From Spirochaetia bacterium (GTDB lineage: Bacteria > Spirochaetota > Spirochaetia > SZUA-6 > Bin103): 64,000 nucleotides of DNA. This document shows, one piece after another, positions 7,588 through 17,019 of the stretch; the stretch's first letter is position 1; every line of letters starts with the position of its first letter. The position numbers and the translations under genes were made by a program. The stretch spans positions 1,216,001 through 1,280,000 of the forward strand of contig CBDATQ010000002.1 of the NCBI GenBank assembly GCA_965199955.1, written 5' to 3'. Under the pieces are notes generated by a model, which was given only the letters and a program-made list of their open reading frames with translations, ran no database searches and had not been told where the DNA came from.

Positions 7588-8828
7588 GTGCCCCATCGAC
7601 TCCTCCGGTTCGCCCTGCAGCGGACCTACCGCGAACCGCGCATGTTCCGCGCGCCCGCCCGTCTCAAGCGCCGCTACGACGCGGTCGTCATCGGCGGCGG
7701 CGGACACGGGCTGGCGTGCGCCTACTATCTGGCGCGCGACCACGGCGTGCGCGACGTGGCGGTGCTCGAACGGAGTTACATCGGCGCGGGCGGCACCGGC
7801 CGCAACACCGCCATCGTCCGCTCCAACTACCTGACCCCGGAAGGGGTGAGCTTCTACGAGGAGAGCGTCCAGCTCTTCCGGCGCCTGTCCGCCGACCTGG
7901 ACTACAACCTGTTCTACAGCGAGCGCGGACACTTCACGCTCGCCCACACCGACTCGGCCGTGCGCACGATGCGGTGGCGGGCGGAGGTCAACAAGCACCT
8001 GGGCGTGGACAGCGAGCTGGTCGACCGGGAGTTCATCGCCCGCACCTGCCCGCTGCTCGACCTGGACTGCGGCCACGACATGCCGGTGATGGGCGCGCTC
8101 TGGCATCCGCCGGGAGCGATCGCCCGGCACAACGCGGTCGCCTGGGCCTACGCGCGCGGGGCCGACCGGCTCGGGGTGGAGATCCATCAGCACACGCCCG
8201 TGACCGGCCTGCGGCTCGAAGGCGACCGGGTCACCGGCGTGGAGACCGGCCGGGGCGTGATCGAGACCGACCGGGTGGTCAGCGCCGTCGCCGGGTACAC
8301 GCCGGCGATCACGGAGATGGCCGGGATCCGGACGCCGCTGGTCATCCATCCGCTGCAGGCGTGCGTGACCGAGCCGCTGAAGCCGTGGCTGGACGTGATC
8401 GTCGTCTCCGGGTCGTTCCACATCTACGTCAGCCAGTCCTCGCGCGGCGAGATGGTGATGGGGGCGTCGCTGGACCCATACGAGGTGCACTCGACGCGCT
8501 CGACGCTGGAGTTTGCCGAGGGGCTGTCCGCCCACGTGCTGGCGGTGTTTCCGCATCTCGGCGGGGTCAAGGTGCTGCGGCAATGGGCGGGTCTGGCCGA
8601 CATGACCCCGGACTTCTCGCCGATCATGGGACTGACCCCGGTGGACGGCTTCTTTCTGGACGCCGGCTGGGGCACCTGGGGGTTCAAGGCGACCCCGGTC
8701 AGCGGCAAGACCATGGCCTGGACCGTGGCGCACGGAAGCCCCACCCGCTGATCGAGCCGTTCCGGCTGTCGCGGTTCCGTGAGTACGAGCTGGTGGGAGA
8801 GAAGGGGGCGGCCTCCGTCGGCCACTGA
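7588..8828 (+). CDS. mgdA: N-methylglutamate dehydrogenase subunit A (sarcosine oxidase beta-like), apparent 1-nt frameshift near 8735
   Basis: IGGGGHG, GGTGRNTAIVRSNY, GWGTWGFKATP; the conserved tail KPHPLIEPFRLSRF...GEKGAASVGH* continues in a different frame to 8828. Confidence 0.85.
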
Positions 8829-8857
8829 GATGAAGGGCTTGGGATGAAGGGCCTGGC

Positions 8858-9115
8858 ATGAAGCTGCTGCGCTGTCCGGTGAACGGCGAACGGCCGTTGC
8901 AGGAGTTCGACTACGGGGGCGAGTACCGCCCGCAGCCGGACCCCGACGCGGTCTGTGACGAACGCTGGGCGTCGTACGTCTTCGACCGGGCCGGCGCCGC
9001 CGGCGTGCGGCGCGAGTGGTGGTACCACGTGCCCAGCGGCACCTGGTTCATCGCCGAGCGCGACACCGGCACCGACCGGGTCGCGCGGACCTACCTGCCG
9101 GACCGGCTGGCATGA
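8858..9115 (+). CDS. mgdB: N-methylglutamate dehydrogenase subunit B (sarcosine oxidase delta-like)
   Basis: MKLLRCPVNGERPLQEFDYGGE...EWWYHVPSGTWFIAERDT. Confidence 0.88.
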   Translation: MKLLRCPVNGERPLQEFDYGGEYRPQPDPDAVCDERWASYVFDRAGAAGVRREWWYHVPSGTWFIAERDTGTDRVARTYLPDRLA

Positions 9116-11967
9116 GCTCGCCGACGGGCCGGCGCCTGACGCCACAACCAGGCGAGTGGATCGACCGGTCGCGCCCCATCTCCTTCCGTTTCGAGGGACG
9201 TCGCTACCGGGGCCTGCGCGGCGACACCGTCAGCTCGGCGCTGCTCGCGGCCGGCGTGCCGGTGCTCGGCCGCAGCTTCAAGTACCACCGGCCGCGCGGT
9301 GTGCTCAGCCTGTCCGGCGCGGATGCCAACGTGATGCTGCAGGGATCGGCCGGCACCAACCTGCGCGGTGACGAGACGCCGCTGACCGATGGTCTGGACG
9401 TGCGCGCGGTGAACACGCTCGGCGGCGTGCGCAGGGACCTGCTGTCGGTCCTGGGCTGGTTCTCCGCCTTCACGCCGGTCGGTTTCTACTACAAGGCGCT
9501 GCACACGCCGCGGGCGCTGTTCCCGTTCTACGAGCGGGCGCTGCGCAGTCTGGCCGGGTTGGGGCGGATCCGCGCCGACCACCGCGCGGCGCCGTCGCCT
9601 AAGGAGTACGCCTTCTGTGACGTGCTGGTCGTGGGCGCCGGGCCGGCCGGGGTGGCAGCCGCGAACGCCGCGGCCGCGAGCGGGGCGGAGGTGTTGCTTG
9701 CCGAGTCGAGCGAGCGGCTGGACGGCTGCGTCGGCGAGTCGGTGCGCAGCGGCGTCGACTGCCGTTTCGGCACCACCTGCGCCGGGGTGTACGACGACCT
9801 GTGGGTGGCGCTGGTCGACGACCGGAGGCTCACCAAGGTGCGCGCCCGTTCGCTGGTGGTCGCGGCCGGCTGTGAGGATCAGCCGGCCGTGTTCGGCAAC
9901 AACGACCTGCCGGGCGTGATGCTCGGCGAAGCCGCGCGCCGGCCGGTGGAGCGCTATGCGGTTCGCCCGGCGGAACAGCCTCTGGTGCTGACCGCCGGCA
10001 GCGGCGGCTACCGGCTGGCGGACGACCTGCGCGGTCGCGGCATCGGCATCGCCGCGGTGGTGGATCTCCGGGAGGAGGCGGCGGGGCGCCCGCCGCGAGG
10101 CGATCTGGAGGCGGCCGGCATCCCGGTCTTCCAGGGCCACGCGGTGGTGGAAGCCGTGCCGGCGCGGGGCGGCGCCGGCGTGCGCGCGGCGCTTATCCGC
10201 TCCGTCGACGCAGGCGGCCGTCCGACCGGCGCGGCGCGAACGGTCGCCTGCGGCGGCATCATCGTCTGCGTCGGCCGTTCCCCGCGTGACGGGCTGCTGC
10301 GGCAGGCCGGCGGCGCGATGGCGTACGATGAGCGGCTGCACCGGCACGTGCCGGACTCGCTGCCGGACGGCGTGTTCGCCGCGGGCAGCGTGGCCGGAGC
10401 GGATGGCGGGACCGCGGCGGCCGACGGGCGCCGCGCCGGCCATGCGGCGGCGGCCTGGCTCGGCCTGGCGTCGCACCCGGCGCCGGAGGGGCCTCCCGAT
10501 CGGGGCGCGTCCGAGTCCGGTCACCCGTATCCGGTGTTCGCGGGGCCGCACGCCAAGGCGTTCGTGGACCTCGACGAGGACCTGACCGTCGGCGACCTCG
10601 CGCACGCGGTGAAGGAGGGCTACGACGATGCGGAGCTGCTCAAGCGGTACGCGACGGTGGGCATGGGACCGAGCCAGGGCAAGCACGCCAGTGTCAACGC
10701 GCTGCGCGTGCTGGCGCGCCTGACCGGCCGCTCGCTCGGCGACTCCCGGCTCACGACCGCGCGGCCGTTCGCCAGCCCCGTGCCCATGGCGCACCTGGCC
10801 GGCCGCGGCTTCACGCCGGTCCAGCGCACGCCCGCGCACGACCGTCACGAGCGGCTGGGAGCGGAGATGATGTACGCCGGGACCTGGCTGCGGCCGGCCC
10901 GATATCCGCGCTCGGGCCTGGACCGGGAGGGCTGCATCGACGCCGAAGCGCGCGACGTTCGGTCGCGGGTCGGGCTGATCGACGTGGGCACGCTGGGCAA
11001 GCTGGAGATCTCGGGCGCGGATGCCGTGCGTTTCCTGGAGCGCATCTACACCGGGCGTTTTGCGAAGCTGCGAGTCGGCATGACCCGCTACGCGGTCATG
11101 TGCGACGAAACCGGCGTGGTGGTGGACGACGGCGTCATCGGCCGGCTCGGTGCGGAACGGTTCTACGTATCGACCACCTCGTCGGGCGCCGATCAGGTGT
11201 ATCGGGAGATGCAGCGGTGGGCCGCGGTCTGGCGGCTCGACGTCACGCTGGTGAACGCGACCAGCACCTACGGCGCCTTCAACGTCGCCGGCCCGTACGC
11301 GCGGCAGGTGCTGGCCGGGCTGACCGATGTCGACCTGTCGGCGGAGGCATTTCCCTATCTGGGCATCCGCGAAGGGGCGGTGGCGGGGGCGCCGGCGCGC
11401 CTGTCGCGGGTGGGCTTCGTCGGCGAGCTGGGCTACGAGGTCCACGTTCCGGCCGGCTTCGCCGCGGGCGTCTGGGACGAGTTGCTGCGCGCCGGAGAGC
11501 GGCACGGGATCGTCCCGTTCGGGGTGGAGGCGCAGCGGCTGCTGCGCCTGGAAAAGGGGCACCTGATCGTCAGCCAGGACACCGACGGCCTCACCGACCC
11601 GTTCGAGGCGCATCTGGGCTGGGCGGTGAAGCTCGACAAGCCGTTTTTCGTGGGCAAGCGGAGCCTCGAGATCATCGCCGCGAAGGCGCGGCGCCGCCGG
11701 CTGGCCGGGTTCGAGCTGCCGCCCGATGCGCCGGTGCCGCTGGAGAACCACCTGATCGTCGATGACGGCCGCGAGATCGTCGGCCGTGTCACCAGTGTCG
11801 GCCGCAGCGGCGCGGTGGGGCGCACGATCGGCCTGGCCTACGTGCCCGAGTCCGCAGCGGAAATCGGGTCCGCGCTGCAGATCAAGGGCGTAGGCGGTGA
11901 GATCATTGCGGCACGGGTTGCCGCAACGCCGTTCTTCGACCCGGAAGGCGTGAGGTTGAGGTCATGA
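9112..11967 (+). CDS. mgdC: N-methylglutamate dehydrogenase subunit C (sarcosine oxidase alpha-like, GcvT-type folate domain)
   Basis: GDTVSSAL, GRSFKYHRPRG, GAGPAG, KRYATVGMGPSQGK, RVGFVGELGYE, LRLEKG; ATGA overlap with mgdB. Confidence 0.9.
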   Translation: MSSPTGRRLTPQPGEWIDRSRPISFRFEGRRYRGLRGDTVSSALLAAGVPVLGRSFKYHRPRGVLSLSGADANVMLQGSAGTNLRGDETPLTDGLDVRAVNTLGGVRRDLLSVLGWFSAFTPVGFYYKALHTPRALFPFYERALRSLAGLGRIRADHRAAPSPKEYAFCDVLVVGAGPAGVAAANAAAASGAEVLLAESSERLDGCVGESVRSGVDCRFGTTCAGVYDDLWVALVDDRRLTKVRARSLVVAAGCEDQPAVFGNNDLPGVMLGEAARRPVERYAVRPAEQPLVLTAGSGGYRLADDLRGRGIGIAAVVDLREEAAGRPPRGDLEAAGIPVFQGHAVVEAVPARGGAGVRAALIRSVDAGGRPTGAARTVACGGIIVCVGRSPRDGLLRQAGGAMAYDERLHRHVPDSLPDGVFAAGSVAGADGGTAAADGRRAGHAAAAWLGLASHPAPEGPPDRGASESGHPYPVFAGPHAKAFVDLDEDLTVGDLAHAVKEGYDDAELLKRYATVGMGPSQGKHASVNALRVLARLTGRSLGDSRLTTARPFASPVPMAHLAGRGFTPVQRTPAHDRHERLGAEMMYAGTWLRPARYPRSGLDREGCIDAEARDVRSRVGLIDVGTLGKLEISGADAVRFLERIYTGRFAKLRVGMTRYAVMCDETGVVVDDGVIGRLGAERFYVSTTSSGADQVYREMQRWAAVWRLDVTLVNATSTYGAFNVAGPYARQVLAGLTDVDLSAEAFPYLGIREGAVAGAPARLSRVGFVGELGYEVHVPAGFAAGVWDELLRAGERHGIVPFGVEAQRLLRLEKGHLIVSQDTDGLTDPFEAHLGWAVKLDKPFFVGKRSLEIIAAKARRRRLAGFELPPDAPVPLENHLIVDDGREIVGRVTSVGRSGAVGRTIGLAYVPESAAEIGSALQIKGVGGEIIAARVAATPFFDPEGVRLRS

Positions 11968-12674
11968 GGCCGCCGCCGGTGCGCCGCAGCGCGCGCCTTA
12001 GCGCCGTGCATGCGTGCCTGGAGCGCCTCGGCGCGGTCTGGGACGAGCGCGAGGGCGCTGTGCGCCCCATGCACTTCGGGGATCCGGAGGCGGAGGCCGC
12101 GATCGCGCCGGTGCTCGCCCTGGCGGACCGCGGCACGATTCCGCGCATCGGCCTGAAGGGGCCGGATGCCATAGGGTGGGCGCGCGCGCAGGGGATCCCG
12201 GTGCCGGACGAGATCTACGGCTGGACACGGGCGGACGGCGGCGGATTGAGCGTGCGTGTGGGAAGCGGCGAATTGTTCCTGGAGGGGCCGCACGCCGCCA
12301 CGGCCGAAGAAGGGCTGGCAGAAGCCCCGTCCGGAACTACCTGCTGGCCCGTGCGGCGCGAGGACGCTGCGTTCCTGTTGTGCGGTGAGCGTGCGCTCGA
12401 AGTGCTGGCGCAGGTATGCTCGTACGACTTCCGCGGCGCCGCCGGCACGTTCGTGATGACGCGGGTGGCGATGGTCTCCTGCTCGATCCTGGTTGAGGGA
12501 GGCTTGGCCGAGGTCGACGGGGAGGAAGACGCGGCCGGCGGTCCGGTTTACCATCTGTGGGCCGCCGCCAGCTACGGGCTCTACCTGTGGGACGAGTTGC
12601 TCGCGATCGTGCGGGACTGCGGCGGCGGCCCGGTGGGCGACGCGGCCCTGGTGGCGGTGCTGCCGGCCCGGTGA
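11964..12674 (+). CDS. mgdD: N-methylglutamate dehydrogenase subunit D (sarcosine oxidase gamma-like)
   Basis: [28 protein letters not shown]; operon position and ATGA coupling. Confidence 0.75.
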   Translation: MRPPPVRRSARLSAVHACLERLGAVWDEREGAVRPMHFGDPEAEAAIAPVLALADRGTIPRIGLKGPDAIGWARAQGIPVPDEIYGWTRADGGGLSVRVGSGELFLEGPHAATAEEGLAEAPSGTTCWPVRREDAAFLLCGERALEVLAQVCSYDFRGAAGTFVMTRVAMVSCSILVEGGLAEVDGEEDAAGGPVYHLWAAASYGLYLWDELLAIVRDCGGGPVGDAALVAVLPAR

Positions 12675-12717
12675 ACGGGTGACCAGGTCAACCGACGACA
12701 GAGGACATGGTGAGGAC

Positions 12718-14052
12718 ATGACACGAGAGGACGCGCAGCAACTGCTCCGGCGGCGCGACGTGAAGTTCGTGCTCGCCCAGTTCGTGGACATGCACGGCGT
12801 CGCCAAGACCAAGGCGGTGCCCGTATCGCACTTCGACGACGTGCTCGCAGACGGCGCCGGCTTCGCCGGCTTCGCGGTGTGGGGGATGGGTCAGCAGCCG
12901 CACGACCCCGACTTCATGGCGGTGGGCGACCTGTCCACCCTGTCGCTGGTGCCGTGGCAGCCGGGCTACGCGCGCATCGTCTGCGACGGGCGGGTCAACG
13001 GGCAGCCTTGGCCGTACGACACCCGCCACGTGCTCAAGGAGCAGCTCCGGGGGCTCGGCGAGCGCGGGTGGACGCTGAACACGGGACTGGAGCCGGAGTT
13101 CATGCTGCTGCGCCGGGATGAGGACGGCGGCGTCCATCCCGCGGACGGCACCGACCTGCTCGACAAGCCATGCTACGACTACAAGGGGCTGTCGCGCAGC
13201 CGGCACTTCATCGAAAAGCTGGTCGCGTCCTTGCAGGAGGTGGGCTTCGACGTCTACCAGGTCGACCACGAAGACGCCAACGGCCAGTTCGAGATCAACT
13301 TCACCTACACGGAGGCGCTCACCTCGGCCGATCGCTACGTGTTCTTCCGCATGGCCGCCGGAGAGATCGCCCGCGAGCTGGGGATGATCTGCACGTTCAT
13401 GCCCAAGCCGATGTCCACCCGCACTGGCAGCGGCATGCATATCCACCTTTCGATCGCGGACGGGAACGGGACGTCGCTCTTCGAGGACGGATCCGACCGG
13501 CACGGGCTGGGGCTCTCGGAGCTGGCCTATCATTTCCTTGGCGGCCTGCTGCACCACGGACCGGGGCTCACCGCCCTGGTGGCGCCGTCGGTCAACTCCT
13601 ACAAGCGGCTGGTGGTCGGCCGTGCCCTGTCCGGCGCCACTTGGGCTCCCGCGCACATCGCCTACGGCGACAACAACCGGACGGCCATGGTGCGGGTCCC
13701 GCACGGCCACCTGGAGCTGCGCCTCAGCGATTCGAGCTGCAACCCGTACCTGGCCACCGCCGCCGTGCTGGCGGCCGGACTCGACGGCGTGGACCGCAAG
13801 CTCGATCCCGGCGATCCGCACAACCTCAACCTGTACGACTACACGCTGGAGCAGCTCAGGGAGATGGGCATCGGCACGCTGCCGCAGTCGCTGCGGGAGG
13901 CGCTGGACCGTCTGGATGCCGACCCGCTGTTCCGCGATCGGCTGGGCGCCGACGTGATCCGGGAGTTCATCGCCATCAAGGAGATGGAGTGGGTCGAGTA
14001 CCAGCGTCACGTCTCCGACTGGGAGATCGACCGCTACCTCGAGTACTACTAG
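12718..14052 (+). CDS. gmaS: Gamma-glutamylmethylamide synthetase (type III glutamine synthetase-like, GlnT)
   Basis: [57 protein letters not shown]; lies between mgd and mgs genes. Confidence 0.9.
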   Translation: MTREDAQQLLRRRDVKFVLAQFVDMHGVAKTKAVPVSHFDDVLADGAGFAGFAVWGMGQQPHDPDFMAVGDLSTLSLVPWQPGYARIVCDGRVNGQPWPYDTRHVLKEQLRGLGERGWTLNTGLEPEFMLLRRDEDGGVHPADGTDLLDKPCYDYKGLSRSRHFIEKLVASLQEVGFDVYQVDHEDANGQFEINFTYTEALTSADRYVFFRMAAGEIARELGMICTFMPKPMSTRTGSGMHIHLSIADGNGTSLFEDGSDRHGLGLSELAYHFLGGLLHHGPGLTALVAPSVNSYKRLVVGRALSGATWAPAHIAYGDNNRTAMVRVPHGHLELRLSDSSCNPYLATAAVLAAGLDGVDRKLDPGDPHNLNLYDYTLEQLREMGIGTLPQSLREALDRLDADPLFRDRLGADVIREFIAIKEMEWVEYQRHVSDWEIDRYLEYY

Positions 14053-14073
14053 CGGACCGGGGAGGCTTCAGAC

Positions 14074-14952
14074 ATGTGCGGTATCGTCGGTTTTGCGGCC
14101 AAGCGGCCTGCGGACCGCCAGCGGCTCGGCCGGCTCGTCGCGCCCATGCTCTCCTGCATGGGCGACCGCGGGCGGGATTCGGCCGGACTGGCGGTGTTCT
14201 CGGAGGACGGCGACCCGGAGCTCTACCGGTACAGCCTGTTCAGCGGAGCCGAGGTTGATTGGGACGACCTTGCCGGCCGCTTCCAGGGAGCGCGTGTCGA
14301 TGCGATCGGTCGCTGCGCCACGCTGTCCACCGCCGCGGCGCCGGACGCGGTCGAGTCCGAGATCGCCGCACGGCCGGAGCGGATCGACACCTTCGGCTAC
14401 GGCCGCCGCATGCGGGTCTACAAGGACGCCGGCCACCCGCGCGACCTGATCGCCACGTACCGCCTGGACCAGGTGCAGGGCTCCCACTGCGTCGGCCACA
14501 CCCGCATGGCCACCGAGTCGGCGGTCACCCCCGCGCACTCGCATCCGTTCACGGCCGGCGCCGACTTCTGCCTGGTGCACAACGGCTCCATCTCCAACCC
14601 GTGGCAGATCCGCCGCCGCCTGCGCCGCTTCGGCATCGAGTTCGAGACCGACAACGACACCGAAGCCGCGTGCCGGTACCTGCAGTGGCGGATGGGCGAG
14701 GGCGCGACGATCGAGGCGGCGATCGCCGAGGCGTTCGGCGACCTCGACGGGTTCTTCACGCTCCTGATCGGCACCGCCGACCGACTGGTCCTGGTGCGCG
14801 ACGCGTTTGCGTGCAAGCCGGCGGTGGCCGCGGAGACCGACGACTACGTCGCCATCGGCTCGGAGTTCCGGACGCTCGCGCACCTGCCGGGGATCGAGCA
14901 CGCCAACCTGTTCGAGCCCGCGCCGGAGGAGATCTATTCGTGGAGCGTATAG
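14074..14952 (+). CDS. mgsA: N-methylglutamate synthase subunit A (Ntn glutamine amidotransferase, GlxB-like)
   Basis: MCGIVG, GHTRMATES, HSHPF, LVHNGS, ETDNDTE, RDAFACKP. Confidence 0.9.
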   Translation: MCGIVGFAAKRPADRQRLGRLVAPMLSCMGDRGRDSAGLAVFSEDGDPELYRYSLFSGAEVDWDDLAGRFQGARVDAIGRCATLSTAAAPDAVESEIAARPERIDTFGYGRRMRVYKDAGHPRDLIATYRLDQVQGSHCVGHTRMATESAVTPAHSHPFTAGADFCLVHNGSISNPWQIRRRLRRFGIEFETDNDTEAACRYLQWRMGEGATIEAAIAEAFGDLDGFFTLLIGTADRLVLVRDAFACKPAVAAETDDYVAIGSEFRTLAHLPGIEHANLFEPAPEEIYSWSV

Positions 14953-15653
14953 CTTCTGCCCTGACCTTCGACCTGGCGGAGTGCTCGGTCACCGAGGCGA
15001 ACCGCCGGCTGCATGCGCTCACCGATCCCGCCGCGGTCGAGATTCTGCATCCGCTCGGCCGCCACAACATCGCCTGCGGCCTGAACGCGCCGCTGGACGT
15101 GCATGTCCGCGGTCACTCCGGCTACTTCACCGCAGGGATGAACCAGCACGCGTCGGTCACCGTCCACGGCAACGTCGGCTGGAGCGTGGCGGAGAACATG
15201 ATGTCCGGAACGGTGCGCGTCGAAGGGTTTGCCTCCGAGTGCGCGGGAGCGTCCGCGCATGGCGGACTGCTGGTGATCGACGGCGACGCGTCGTCCCGGT
15301 GTGGGATCTCCCTGAAGGGCGGTGACATCGTCGTCGTCGGCAGCGTCGGCCACATGAGCGCCTTCATGGCGCAGGCGGGCCGGATCGTCGTCTGCGGTGA
15401 CGCCGGCGCGGGGCTCGGCGACTCGCTGTACGAGGCGGTGATCTACGTGGGTGGCCGCATCCACGGCCTGGGCGCCGACGCCCAGGTGGAGCCGTTGGGC
15501 GAGGAGGACCGGCAGGCGCTCGCCGAGATGCTCGGCCGCGCCGGCCGCGACGAGGATCCCGGGTCGTTCACCCGGGTTGCCTCCGCCAAACAGCTGTACC
15601 ACTGGAGCCCGGACTCGGAGCGCCTTGCCGGCGCGGCTCATGGCGATGACTGA
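14940..15653 (+). CDS. mgsB: N-methylglutamate synthase subunit B (GXGXG domain, GlxC-like)
   Basis: GTG start after GGAGGAG; AGMNQ, VAENMMSG, RCGISLKG, HMSAFMAQAG, LGDSLYEA. Confidence 0.88.
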   Translation: MERIASALTFDLAECSVTEANRRLHALTDPAAVEILHPLGRHNIACGLNAPLDVHVRGHSGYFTAGMNQHASVTVHGNVGWSVAENMMSGTVRVEGFASECAGASAHGGLLVIDGDASSRCGISLKGGDIVVVGSVGHMSAFMAQAGRIVVCGDAGAGLGDSLYEAVIYVGGRIHGLGADAQVEPLGEEDRQALAEMLGRAGRDEDPGSFTRVASAKQLYHWSPDSERLAGAAHGDD

Positions 15654-17019
15654 ACCACCCGGCCCGGAGCCGCAGTGGCCCGGCGAGGTGAGCCACCACT
15701 ACGATCAGGCCACCCTCGACTACATCCAGCGCGCCGCCGAGACCGGCGTGTACGATATCCGCGGGCTTGGCGCCAAGCGGCGCGTGCCCAGCTTCGACGA
15801 TCTCACGTTCCTGACCGCGTCCATGTCGCGCTACCCGTTGGAGGGGTACCGCGAGCGGTGCTCCACCCGGACGGTGCTGGGCACGCGGCGCGCGGAGCAT
15901 CCGCTGACCCTGGCCACGCCGATCACCATCGCCGGCATGAGCTTCGGCTCGCTGTCGGCCAACGTGAAGGAGGCGCTGGGCCGCGCCGCCACCGCGGCCG
16001 GCACCTCGACCACCACCGGCGACGGAGGCATGACGCCGGAAGAGCGCCGTTCCTCCAAGACGCTGGTCTATCAGTGCCTGCCGTCGCGCTACGGCTTCAA
16101 CCCGGACGACCTGCGCCGCGCCGACGCGGTCGAGATCGTCATCGGCCAGGGCGCCAAGCCGGGCGGTGGCGGCATGCTGCTGGGACTCAAGGTCTCCGAA
16201 CGGGTCGCCCGGATGCGCACGCTGCCGGCCGGCATCGATCAGCGCTCAGCCTGCCGTCACCCCGACTGGGTGGGCCCGGACGACCTGGCGATCAAGATCG
16301 AGGAGCTGCGCGAGATCACGGACAACCGCATCCCGGTCTTCATCAAGATCGGCGCCACTCGCGTGCCTGACGACGTCAAGCTGTGCGTGAAGTCCGGAGC
16401 CGACGTGATCGTCCTGGACGGCATGCAGGGCGGCACCGCAGCCACCCAGCAGGTGTTCATCGAGCACGCAGGCATCCCGACCCTGCCGGCCGTGAGGCAG
16501 GCGGTGGAGGCGCTGGAGGAGGTCGACCCGGCGCGCGAGGTGCAGCTCGTGGTCTCCGGCGGCATCCGGTCGGGGGCTGACGTCGCCAAGGCGCTGGCCC
16601 TGGGTGCGGACGCGGTGTCGATCGGCCAGGCGGTGCTGATGGCGCTGGGCTGCAACAGCCCGACCTACGTCCGCGACGGCGCACGGATGGACGCCACCGC
16701 CGACTACCATCGCCTGGGAACCGCGCCGGGCCACTGTCACCAGTGCCAGACCGGGCTGTGCCCGGTGGGCGTGACCACGCAGGACCCGGAGTTGGAGCAG
16801 CGTCTGGATCCGGAGTGGGGCGCCCGGCGGGTGCGGAACTACATGGCGACCCTGACCATGGAGCTCGCCACGCTGGCGCGCGCCTGCGGCAAGTCGGACG
16901 TCCACCACCTGGAGCGCGAGGACCTTGTGGCGCTGACCGTGGAGGCGGCCGCGATGGCCCGAGTGCCGCTCGCGGGCACCCGCTGGATCCCGGGATCGGG
17001 CGGCCCCGATCGCTGTTAG
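15640..17019 (+). CDS. mgsC: N-methylglutamate synthase subunit C (FMN-binding glutamate synthase family, GlxD-like)
   Basis: SMSRYPLEGYRE, AGMSFGSLS, GQGAKPGGGG, DGMQGGTAAT, CHQCQTGLCPVG. Confidence 0.9.
   Translation: MAMTEPPGPEPQWPGEVSHHYDQATLDYIQRAAETGVYDIRGLGAKRRVPSFDDLTFLTASMSRYPLEGYRERCSTRTVLGTRRAEHPLTLATPITIAGMSFGSLSANVKEALGRAATAAGTSTTTGDGGMTPEERRSSKTLVYQCLPSRYGFNPDDLRRADAVEIVIGQGAKPGGGGMLLGLKVSERVARMRTLPAGIDQRSACRHPDWVGPDDLAIKIEELREITDNRIPVFIKIGATRVPDDVKLCVKSGADVIVLDGMQGGTAATQQVFIEHAGIPTLPAVRQAVEALEEVDPAREVQLVVSGGIRSGADVAKALALGADAVSIGQAVLMALGCNSPTYVRDGARMDATADYHRLGTAPGHCHQCQTGLCPVGVTTQDPELEQRLDPEWGARRVRNYMATLTMELATLARACGKSDVHHLEREDLVALTVEAAAMARVPLAGTRWIPGSGGPDRC

Noticed and set aside
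12718..14052. Calling this gene the housekeeping glutamine synthetase glnA
   Set aside because: Type III/GlnT-like motifs and its position between mgd and mgs genes fit GmaS better.
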